A stretch of DNA of 55,437 bases from positions 1 to 55,437 of the IMG/VR virus record IMGVR_UViG_3300037755_001185; one strand, 5' to 3'. Below, in pieces: positions 10,183-18,948 of the stretch. The translations under genes were made by a program, and so were the position numbers. This stretch comes from a virus. Taxonomy: Duplodnaviria; Caudoviricetes. The notes under the pieces were generated by a model. It did not search any database. It was given only the letters and a program-made list of their open reading frames with translations, and had not been told where the DNA came from. Positions within the stretch are counted from its first letter, which is position 1, and each line of letters opens with the position of its first letter.

Positions 10183-10388
10183 ACAGAACGCCAGTGAGTT
10201 CGTCATACGCCGCTTCGGTCGGCTACGACGCGAACACAACGACTCTTGAAGTCGAGCATCACGACGGGTCCGTATACCAATACTTCGACATTCCAGAAAC
10301 TGTGTATCGAGAGTTGATGCAGGCAAGCTCATTCGGGGCATTCATGCATACCGAAATCAGAGACCAATACCGATACACGAAGGTTTGA
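10179..10388 (+). CDS. KTSC domain protein
   Basis: RTPVSSS..SVGYD..TLEVE..G.VYQYFDIPETVYRELMQASSFGAF..IRDQY. Confidence 0.85.
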   Translation: MNRTPVSSSYAASVGYDANTTTLEVEHHDGSVYQYFDIPETVYRELMQASSFGAFMHTEIRDQYRYTKV

Positions 10389-10393
10389 AAAGA

Positions 10394-10434
10394 ATGACGA
10401 GACAGAACTCGAACTGATATGGATCGGCAACGAG
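10394..10434 (+). pseudogene. Scar of a Type III Mod gene 5' end
   Basis: ATG-ACG-AGA-CAG, then (1-nt shift) LELIWIGNE; 22/27 nt identical to Mod LELTWIGKE at 16236-16262. Confidence 0.6.
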
Positions 10435-10460
10435 ATCGAAAGGAGCTTTGAAGAGAACTG

Positions 10461-13316
10461 ATGAGCACCGAGTACCACAGCCAGTATTGGGCGCATGCCT
10501 TGACCCTTCGCGGGTCCGGTGGCGACATTGCTGCGCTGTCGAGATCGATCGCCAACGCACGAGTTGACCTGAATCCGCACCAAGTGGATGCGGCACTGTT
10601 TGCGCTGCGATCACCACTGACAAGGGGAGCGATTCTGGCAGACGAAGTGGGCCTGGGTAAGACAATCGAAGCAGGGATCGTCTTGGCACAGCGATGGGCG
10701 GAACGCCGACGGCGGATCCTCCTGATCATGCCCGCAATGCTTCGAAAGCAATGGCAACAGGAACTGTCCGAGAAGTTCTATCTGCCGTCCGTCATCCTCG
10801 ATACCAAGATGTTCAATCTGGCGCGCAAGAATGGCACCGTTAACCCCTTTGAACAACGCGACAAGGTGATCATCTGCTCGTACCACTTCGCATCAGCGAA
10901 GCATGCCGAGATCGCACGGGTTCCGTGGGATCAAGTCGTGATCGATGAGGCCCATCGCATGCGGAATGTGTACCGCTCTCAAAACCGCGTCGATCCACTC
11001 GCGAAGAAGTCGATGGCCCACAAGATCGCCGATGCGTGTGGGCACGCGCCGCAACTATTGCTCACGGCTACTCCGCTGCAGAACTCCCTCATGGAGCTCT
11101 ACGGACTGGTCAGCCTCGTTGATCCGCATGTATTCGGCGATGTGGCGTCGTTCCGTGAACAGTTTGTCAGGTCGACCGACACCGAACTCCGGGACACCGA
11201 TCTCAAGCAGAGACTTGCACCACTCTGTATCCGAAGTCTGCGAAAGCAGGTCACGGAGTACGTGCCATTCACGAACCGCGTCCCCATCACACAGGACTTC
11301 CTGCCAACGGACGAGGAACAGCAACTCTACGACAGCGTCTCGGCGTATCTTCAGCGCGATTGCCTCATTGCGCTTCCATCCAGCCAGCGTCACCTCATCT
11401 CCCTTGTCCTGCGCAAGCTGCTGGCATCTTCAACGTTCGCCATCGGACGAACACTCCGAAGACTTGTGCATCGGTTGGAACACTTGGAGGAGGAGATTAC
11501 GCTCCTGGATGAAGAGGATGTCGAGGGATTCGACGAATTGGAAGACGAGTGGAGCAGTGAGAACGGCGAAGCAGATGACAATGCCTGCGACATCGACCTC
11601 GCCGAGTTGAAAGACGAACTCGATGAACTTCGTCGCTATGCGGACATGGCCGACAAGATCGAGCACAACGCCAAGGGTGCAGCGCTGATCCCCGCGCTCA
11701 ACTCGGCGTTAACGCATGCGACGGCACTCGGTGCAGACCGCAAGGCGGTCATCTTCACGGAGTCGCGCCGGACGCAGGAGTATCTCTTCGACCTGATGTC
11801 CAAGAGCGGGTTCGAGGATCAACTCGTGATGATCAACGGGTCGAACACCGATCCGAATTCCAGGGCGGTCTATGAACGGTGGGTCGCGGCCAATGAGGGC
11901 AGTGACAAGGTCACGGGTTCGCGGCCCGTGGACATAAAGGCCGCCATCGTGGATCACTTCCGTAACGACGCCACAATCATGATCGCCACCGAAGCCGCAG
12001 CGGAAGGCGTCAATCTGCAGTTCTGTTCGCTTGTGGTCAACTACGACCTGCCCTGGAACCCGCAACGGATCGAGCAACGCATCGGACGATGCCACCGCTA
12101 CGGACAAAAGCACGATGTCGTCGTGGTCAACTTCCTCAACCGAAACAACGAGGCGGACCAACGGGTCTTCCAACTGCTCAGTGAAAAGTTCCGGCTCTTT
12201 GACGGAGTGTTTGGCGCCAGCGACGAAGTACTCGGCGCTTTGGAATCAGGCGTCGATATCGAACGCCGCATCGCCCAGGTGTACCAGACCTGTCGGACGA
12301 GTGGTGAGATCACAGCGGCCTTCGACATGCTGCAGGCGGAACTGGACGATCAGATCCAGGCCAAGATGCAATCCACCCGCCGTGTGCTGCTCGAGCACTT
12401 CGATGAGGATGTCCGGTCCCGGCTGCGGGCAAGCCAGGAGAAAACGATTGCCAGTCTTTCCCAGCGGGAGCGTTGGCTGTTCGATCTGACCCGGCACGAA
12501 CTCGATGGCGAGGCCGAGTTTGACCCGGCCACCCCCCGCTTTCGCTATCGGGGGAATCGGTCCAGTCACGGCTGGTACAACCTCGATTGGAAGGATGCGG
12601 AGAGCCGCAGCGAGCACTTCTACCGCCCGGACCATGCTCTGGCCGTTGAGATCATCGAGCAAGCCATTGATCGGGAGTTGCCTTCAGCAACACTGTCCCT
12701 CGACTACACCGGTTACGACTCCAAGATCAGCATTCTCGAAGACCTCATCGGCCAGTCCGGCTGGCTGGAGTTGTCGCGGCTCACGGTTGAAGCGCTCAAC
12801 ACGGACGAGTTTCTGATCTTCGCGGCCAGCTCCGATGCCGGGAAGGTACTCGATGAAGAGATCTGTCGGAAGCTGCTTTCTCTCCCCGCATCTCGCAATG
12901 GCCCGCCAGCGAGCACCGCTCCTGACCTGTCCGCGATTCGGCAGGCCGAGGTCGAGTTGAAGTTGGAGACGATCGACCAGAGGAATGGCGCCTTCTTCGA
13001 TGAGGAGGTTCTCAAACTGGACCGTTGGTCAGAGGATCTCAAGCAGGGACTCGAGCGGGAACTCAAGGAGCTTGACAGGCAGATTCGCGAAGCCCGAAAG
13101 GTGGCGGCGCTGGCGCAGTCGCTTCAGGACAAGCTCGATGCGCAGAAGGCCATTAAGGCACTCGAGCGTACACGAAATCAGAAACGCCGTGAGCTCTTCG
13201 ATGCGCAGGACGCCATTGATGCCCAGCGCGAAGAACTGATCACGAACATCGAGAAGCAGTTGAAGCACACCAGCAGCGTCCAGGACCTGTTCACCATCCG
13301 CTGGAGGCTCATATGA
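10461..13316 (+). CDS. SNF2-family helicase associated with Type III RM
   Basis: LADEVGLGKT, IDEAH, LTATPLQN, EGVNLQ, QRIGRCHRYGQ; C-terminal coiled coil. Confidence 0.92.
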   Translation: MSTEYHSQYWAHALTLRGSGGDIAALSRSIANARVDLNPHQVDAALFALRSPLTRGAILADEVGLGKTIEAGIVLAQRWAERRRRILLIMPAMLRKQWQQELSEKFYLPSVILDTKMFNLARKNGTVNPFEQRDKVIICSYHFASAKHAEIARVPWDQVVIDEAHRMRNVYRSQNRVDPLAKKSMAHKIADACGHAPQLLLTATPLQNSLMELYGLVSLVDPHVFGDVASFREQFVRSTDTELRDTDLKQRLAPLCIRSLRKQVTEYVPFTNRVPITQDFLPTDEEQQLYDSVSAYLQRDCLIALPSSQRHLISLVLRKLLASSTFAIGRTLRRLVHRLEHLEEEITLLDEEDVEGFDELEDEWSSENGEADDNACDIDLAELKDELDELRRYADMADKIEHNAKGAALIPALNSALTHATALGADRKAVIFTESRRTQEYLFDLMSKSGFEDQLVMINGSNTDPNSRAVYERWVAANEGSDKVTGSRPVDIKAAIVDHFRNDATIMIATEAAAEGVNLQFCSLVVNYDLPWNPQRIEQRIGRCHRYGQKHDVVVVNFLNRNNEADQRVFQLLSEKFRLFDGVFGASDEVLGALESGVDIERRIAQVYQTCRTSGEITAAFDMLQAELDDQIQAKMQSTRRVLLEHFDEDVRSRLRASQEKTIASLSQRERWLFDLTRHELDGEAEFDPATPRFRYRGNRSSHGWYNLDWKDAESRSEHFYRPDHALAVEIIEQAIDRELPSATLSLDYTGYDSKISILEDLIGQSGWLELSRLTVEALNTDEFLIFAASSDAGKVLDEEICRKLLSLPASRNGPPASTAPDLSAIRQAEVELKLETIDQRNGAFFDEEVLKLDRWSEDLKQGLERELKELDRQIREARKVAALAQSLQDKLDAQKAIKALERTRNQKRRELFDAQDAIDAQREELITNIEKQLKHTSSVQDLFTIRWRLI

Positions 13317-16222
13317 GCGGCAACAGCACACCATACAGTCCGCGCGGATCACAGTGGCATCGCTGGGATCTGCACGTGCATACTCCGTCTTCCTTTGATT
13401 ACCAAGACAAGAGCATCACAGACCAGCAAATCGTGGATTGCCTCGTGCAAGCGGGCTTGCGGGCCGTTGCTATAACCGATCACCACACCGTCGATGTTCT
13501 GCGGATCACAAAACTGCAGAAGCTGGGCGCGGACAAGTTGACAGTGTTTCCAGGCATTGAATTTCGGGGCGATCATGGCGGTGATCCGATCCACTACATC
13601 TGCATCTTTCCAGAGACCTGCAACCTCAATGATGTCTGGACGAAGCTTCAGGGGAAGTTGGGGCTGACGTCTACTGACATCGCGAGCAAGGGTGGTGATG
13701 ACAAGGTGTACGTGCCGATCGAGCAGGGAGCAAAGGAGGCACGAGCTCTCGGGGGTGTTGTATCGATCCATGCCGGTGCCAAGAGCAACTCCATCGAGGG
13801 GATCAAAAATAGGGAGCAGTTTCAGCAGCGCATCAAATACGACATTACCAATGAATGCGTTGACTTGATGGAGATTGGGCAGATCAAGGACATCGATCGG
13901 CATTACAAGACAATCTTCCCAGTTACTGGCTTGGAGAAGCCGCTCGTACTGTGTTCTGACAACCACAAGGTGACCGAGTATTCCACCAAATCGCCTCTCT
14001 GGTTCCGTGCCGATCCGACGTTTCGTGGGTTGCTTATGGTCCTGCGCGAACCGCGTGAGCGTATCTATATCGGTGATCGACCTCCCGAGTTGGTTCACGT
14101 CGAACAGAATCGTACGAAGTACATCAAATCCGTGTCGTTTCAGCGGCGAGCCACTCTCCCACATTCAGAGCAGTGGTTTGGCGACAAGGTTGAGTTTAAT
14201 TCTGGATTGGTGGCTATCGTTGGTAATAAGGGAAGCGGCAAGAGTGCTCTGTCAGACATACTTGGTTTGCTTGGCGCGACGAAGAATGGAGACGCGTTCA
14301 CTTTCCTGAACAAGGAGCGGTTCCGCCATCCGTCGAATAACCTCGCGTCGCATTTCGATGCCACGATTGAGTGGGAAGCGGGCGACACGGCGACGAAATG
14401 CCTTGCCGATGCCATCAAGCCCGAAGAAGTCGAGCGGCTGAAGTATCTCCCGCAGGATCACGTCGAGACCGTCTGCAATGAGCTGGCGGGCCTTGGCGAG
14501 GAAGGGTTCGAGCAGGAACTCAAGGCCGTAATTTTCTCGCATGTCCCGGAAGCGGAACGGCTGGGACACTCGACTCTCGACGACTTGGTTCGCTTCAAGA
14601 CTGGCGAGAAGCAAAAGAGGATCGATTCCCTACACAAACAGCTCCGCGATCTCAGTCGTTCCAGGGCACTGCTCGAAGCCCAGGCCGATCCCACGGTCCG
14701 GAAGGAACTAGCGGAGAAGATTTACCGGCGAAAACTGGAACTGGAGGCACATGATAAGGCCAAACCGGAGGCGGTCGTCGATCCCGCTGCGGATGGAAGT
14801 GCGCCAGCACCAGATGCGACCTTGCTTGGAGAACTGAAGACAGCGGAAACATCAAGGGTCACCCTCACCACTGACATCGCCAAACAGGCGGAAGCGTTGC
14901 GTGTAGCGGAACGCCGCAATGCCGTCGCGAAACGGCTCCTCGAGAAGCTCGACAACTTCGAAAAGGAATATGAGGTATTCAAGGCTTCGCTGACTGAGGA
15001 TGCTACTGAATTGGACCTTAAGCCGGACGAGTTGGTGTCCCTGACGATCACGCGCGGCAAGCCCGCCGGCATTCGGGACTCAGCCGCGACGGACTCAAAG
15101 GCGGTCAAGGACGCCCTTGACAAGGCCGAACCCCATGGGCTTCGGAAGCAGCTTGAGGGTGTCGAAGCAAAGCTCGCCGAACTTCAGACACAGCTCGACG
15201 CGCCAAATCGTGCCTATCAGAGCTACCTGAAGGCACTATCCGAATGGCAGACACAGCGGGTCGCCATTGAAGGCACTGCCACCGAGGTAGAGTCGCTGAA
15301 GGGGTTGGAACACAGCGTGACAGCCTTGGATGAACTGCCTGCCAAGATCGCGGCCGCGAGGGATCAACAGTTTTCTCTGGCACTGCAGATTCATTCTGAG
15401 AAGGACGACCAAGCAGCGGTCTATCGGAATCTATATTCGGCTGTTCAGGGGTTCATTGACTCCCATGTGCTGGCAAAAGATAAGCTAAAGCTCGAGTTCC
15501 GCACAGAGTTGACGAGCGAGGATTTCCCCGGACGGCTACTTGGTGCCCTGGCGCTGAACCGAAAAGGTAGCTTCATGGGTGTTGACGAAGGACGAGCCAA
15601 GGCAGAGTCGTTTGTTCAGGCGACCAACTGGGAGGACGCTTCTTCGTTGAAGGCATTCCTTACAGGTGTCGACGAGGCGCTCCATACGGATCAACGCGAG
15701 GGACAAGGCGGTCCCGTTCAACTGAAGGATCAACTCGCCAAAGGCCGGAAGCCCGAGGAGGTCTTCGACACTGTCTACGGGCTGGAGTACATCCGGCCGC
15801 GATACATCCTTCGGTGGGAAGGCAAGGACTTGTCGATGCTGTCGCCGGGAGAACGCGGGACGCTGCTCTTGGTGTTCTACCTGCTGATCGACAAGAGTGA
15901 TCTGCCCCTCATCATCGATCAACCCGAAGGCAACCTCGACAACCACACGGTTGCCAAGGTGCTTGTCGAGTGCATCAAGGAAGCCCGCAAGCGCCGCCAA
16001 GTGTTCATTGTAACGCACAATCCCAACTTGGCCGTCGTGTGTGACGCCGACCAGATCGTTCACGCGGAAATGGACAAGACCAACAGGAACACGATCACCT
16101 ATACGACCGGTTCGCTTGAGAATCCGAATATGAGCCAATACGTGACCGACGTGCTGGAAGGCACCCTCTGGGCCTTCCGTGTCCGAGACAAGAAGTACTC
16201 CGTGGGGGAAAGGAATGCCTAA
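13313..16222 (+). CDS. PHP phosphoesterase fused to SMC/ABC-type ATPase (TrlF/Ppl-like defence protein)
   Basis: WDLHVHTP, ITDHH, CSDNH (PHP); GNKGSGKS, coiled coil, LSPGERG, IIDQPEGNLDN, VTHNPN. Confidence 0.85.
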   Translation: MSGNSTPYSPRGSQWHRWDLHVHTPSSFDYQDKSITDQQIVDCLVQAGLRAVAITDHHTVDVLRITKLQKLGADKLTVFPGIEFRGDHGGDPIHYICIFPETCNLNDVWTKLQGKLGLTSTDIASKGGDDKVYVPIEQGAKEARALGGVVSIHAGAKSNSIEGIKNREQFQQRIKYDITNECVDLMEIGQIKDIDRHYKTIFPVTGLEKPLVLCSDNHKVTEYSTKSPLWFRADPTFRGLLMVLREPRERIYIGDRPPELVHVEQNRTKYIKSVSFQRRATLPHSEQWFGDKVEFNSGLVAIVGNKGSGKSALSDILGLLGATKNGDAFTFLNKERFRHPSNNLASHFDATIEWEAGDTATKCLADAIKPEEVERLKYLPQDHVETVCNELAGLGEEGFEQELKAVIFSHVPEAERLGHSTLDDLVRFKTGEKQKRIDSLHKQLRDLSRSRALLEAQADPTVRKELAEKIYRRKLELEAHDKAKPEAVVDPAADGSAPAPDATLLGELKTAETSRVTLTTDIAKQAEALRVAERRNAVAKRLLEKLDNFEKEYEVFKASLTEDATELDLKPDELVSLTITRGKPAGIRDSAATDSKAVKDALDKAEPHGLRKQLEGVEAKLAELQTQLDAPNRAYQSYLKALSEWQTQRVAIEGTATEVESLKGLEHSVTALDELPAKIAAARDQQFSLALQIHSEKDDQAAVYRNLYSAVQGFIDSHVLAKDKLKLEFRTELTSEDFPGRLLGALALNRKGSFMGVDEGRAKAESFVQATNWEDASSLKAFLTGVDEALHTDQREGQGGPVQLKDQLAKGRKPEEVFDTVYGLEYIRPRYILRWEGKDLSMLSPGERGTLLLVFYLLIDKSDLPLIIDQPEGNLDNHTVAKVLVECIKEARKRRQVFIVTHNPNLAVVCDADQIVHAEMDKTNRNTITYTTGSLENPNMSQYVTDVLEGTLWAFRVRDKKYSVGERNA

Positions 16223-17921
16223 CCACAAGATCAAGCTGGAACTCACCTGGATCGGCAAGGAGAACCGGCCGAATCTGGAGCCGCGGATTCTGATTGAAGC
16301 TCCAGAGAAGTCGTACCACGCCGCACACCGGGTCAGCGAGAGCGACCTCTTCGACAACCGGCTAATCTTTGGCGACAACCTCCTGGCCCTCAAGGCGCTG
16401 GAACAGGAGTTCACCGGCAAGATCAAGTGCATCTACGTCGACCCGCCGTTCAATACAGGACAAGCGTTCGACCACTACGAAGATGGGATTGAACACTCGC
16501 TCTGGTTGTCGCTCATGCGAGATCGAATTGCGTTGCTTTGGAAACTTCTCAGCCCCGATGGCACGCTGTGGGTACACCTTGATGACAACGAAGTGCACTA
16601 TCTGAAGGTGCTGATGGACGAGATATTCGGTCGTCAGTGCTTTGTGGCGTCGGTCGCATGGCGAGCCGCCGACTCGTCAAACAATGATGCGAAGCAGTTC
16701 TCTATCGACCACAACACGATTCTGGTCTACTCACGTGAGCCGGGGTGGTTGTCCCGCGCGTTGCCTCGCACAGATGAGGCCAACGCACATTACAAGAACC
16801 CAGATAATGATCCGCGCGGTCCATGGTTTATGGGCAACGTGTCGTCGCCGCATCCACGCGAAAAGCTTCAATATGACATGACAACGCCGTCGGGGACGAG
16901 TATCCCACACCCTCACAACGGCTGGCGTTGGAGTCGTGAGCTGGCGATGAAGAAAATCGAAGCTGGCCAGATCATCTTTGTCGATGACGATACTCGGATT
17001 GTTCATAAGACGTACCTTGCTGACCAGAAGGGATTGGCTCCCTCATCCATGTGGCATGATATCAAGCAGACCGGGCACAACAGACAGGCCAAGTACGAGC
17101 TCAAGAAGCTGTTCCCTGGCACTCCAACGACTGAGCTGTTTAGCACACCCAAACCAGAGCGACTGATTGAACGGGTGCTGCGGATAGCCACAGATGAAGG
17201 CGACTGGGTTCTCGATTCGTTTGCAGGCTCAGGCACTACGGGGGCGGTGGCGCACAAGTTGGGTCGTCGATGGGTGATGGTAGAACTTGGGGAGCACTGC
17301 CACGAGGTAATCGTCCCGCGTCTGCACAAGGTGATTGATGGCAGAGACAAGGGGGGTATCACGGATGCTGTCGAATGGAAAGGCGGTGGTGGATTCCGCT
17401 ACTACAAGCTCGGTCCGACGCTGATCGTCGAAGACGAATGGGGCAACCCCGTCATCAACAAGGCGTTCAACCCCGGCATGCTCGCCGAGGCGATGTGCAA
17501 GCTGGAGGGCTTCGAGTACGCACCGAGCGAAGACACCTATTGGATGCACGGTCACAGTTCCGAACAGGACTTCATCTATGTGACCACGCAGACGCTCACC
17601 CGCAGCCAGCTCCAACGACTGAGTGACGAGGTTGGCGAGAAGCGGAGTCTTCTGGTGATGTGCGCTGCCTTTCGAGTTCGCAAGGTCGAGGACCTCCCGA
17701 ACTTGACCGTGAAGAAGATTCCCAAGGCCGTCCTCAAGAAGTGCGAGTGGGGCCACGACGACTACTCGCTGGAGATCGCCAACCTTCCCGAAGCGCCGGC
17801 CATGTCCGAATCCGAGGAGGAGCCCAAGCCGGTCAAGGGCAAGCGGAAGTTCGGCAAGGGTAGGGCATCCGAGGCCAGTCTGTTCGCGGGCGCGGCCACC
17901 GATGATGCGGGAGGTGCATGA
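16215..17921 (+). CDS. mod: Type III restriction-modification methyltransferase Mod
   Basis: KLELTWIGKE start, GDNLLALK, YVDPPFN, TPKPERL, DSFAGSGTT. Confidence 0.9.
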   Translation: MPNHKIKLELTWIGKENRPNLEPRILIEAPEKSYHAAHRVSESDLFDNRLIFGDNLLALKALEQEFTGKIKCIYVDPPFNTGQAFDHYEDGIEHSLWLSLMRDRIALLWKLLSPDGTLWVHLDDNEVHYLKVLMDEIFGRQCFVASVAWRAADSSNNDAKQFSIDHNTILVYSREPGWLSRALPRTDEANAHYKNPDNDPRGPWFMGNVSSPHPREKLQYDMTTPSGTSIPHPHNGWRWSRELAMKKIEAGQIIFVDDDTRIVHKTYLADQKGLAPSSMWHDIKQTGHNRQAKYELKKLFPGTPTTELFSTPKPERLIERVLRIATDEGDWVLDSFAGSGTTGAVAHKLGRRWVMVELGEHCHEVIVPRLHKVIDGRDKGGITDAVEWKGGGGFRYYKLGPTLIVEDEWGNPVINKAFNPGMLAEAMCKLEGFEYAPSEDTYWMHGHSSEQDFIYVTTQTLTRSQLQRLSDEVGEKRSLLVMCAAFRVRKVEDLPNLTVKKIPKAVLKKCEWGHDDYSLEIANLPEAPAMSESEEEPKPVKGKRKFGKGRASEASLFAGAATDDAGGA

Positions 17922-17922
17922 A

Positions 17923-18948
17923 ATGGCCGATCCCACACCCCAGGGGCCACATGGCGAGTTCCTGCTCTACCAGACTGCCGACGGCCAGACCCGCGTCCAA
18001 TGCCTGTTTCAAGACGAGACGATCTGGCTGACCCAGCAACAGATGGCGGATTTGTTCGGCGTGGACAACTCCGGCGTCAGCAGGCACTTGCGGAATATCT
18101 TCGAGGCCGGCGAGCTGTCGCCGGGGGCAACCGTTGCAAAAATTGCAACGGTTCAGGTCGAGGGCGATCGGCGGGTCGAACGGGACATCGAACACTACAA
18201 CCTCGATGCGATCATCTCGGTGGGCTACCGGGTCAACAGCGTCCGAGGCACGCAGTTTCGCATCTGGGCGACGCAGCGGCTCAAGGAGTTCATGGTCAAG
18301 GGGTTCGTGCTCGACGATGAACGGCTCAAGCAGGGCAAGGCACTCTTCGGCAAGGATTACTTCGAGGAACTGCTCGAACGCATCCGTGAGATTCGAGCCA
18401 GCGAACGGCGGTTCTACCAGAAGATCACTGACATCTACGCCCTGTCGATCGACTATGACCGCAGCGCCCCGATCACCCGGGAGTTCTTTGCGACGGTTCA
18501 GAACAAGCTGCACTGGGCCATCACCGGCAAGACGGCGGCCGAGACTGTTCGGGATTCGGCCGATGCTGCGCTGCCTCACATGGGATTGACGACCTGGAAG
18601 AATGCCCCAGACGGTAAGGTGCTCAAGAGCGATGTTTCGGTGGCCAAGAACTACCTGAACGAAGCCCATATCAAAGAGCTCAACCGCATCATCTCGGCGT
18701 ATCTCGACCTCGCGGAGAATCGGGCCGAGCGCGGGCAGCTGATGAAGATGCAGGATTGGGCGAGATTCCTCAACAGCTTTCTGGAATTGGCGGACTACCC
18801 GATCCTCGAAGACGCGGGCAAAGTCAGCGCCCTCGAAGCCAAACTCAAGGCGGAAGGCGAATACGAAGTGTTTCGCAAGCAACAGGACCGCGATTACATT
18901 TCAGACTTTGACCGCGAGATCAAGCGGCTGGAAGGCGAGCAATCATGA
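17923..18948 (+). CDS. rhuM: RhuM-family (virulence RhuM) protein
   Basis: ETIWLTQQQMADLF, YNLDAIISVGYRVNS.RGTQFRIWAT, IREIRASERRFYQK. Confidence 0.9.
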   Translation: MADPTPQGPHGEFLLYQTADGQTRVQCLFQDETIWLTQQQMADLFGVDNSGVSRHLRNIFEAGELSPGATVAKIATVQVEGDRRVERDIEHYNLDAIISVGYRVNSVRGTQFRIWATQRLKEFMVKGFVLDDERLKQGKALFGKDYFEELLERIREIRASERRFYQKITDIYALSIDYDRSAPITREFFATVQNKLHWAITGKTAAETVRDSADAALPHMGLTTWKNAPDGKVLKSDVSVAKNYLNEAHIKELNRIISAYLDLAENRAERGQLMKMQDWARFLNSFLELADYPILEDAGKVSALEAKLKAEGEYEVFRKQQDRDYISDFDREIKRLEGEQS

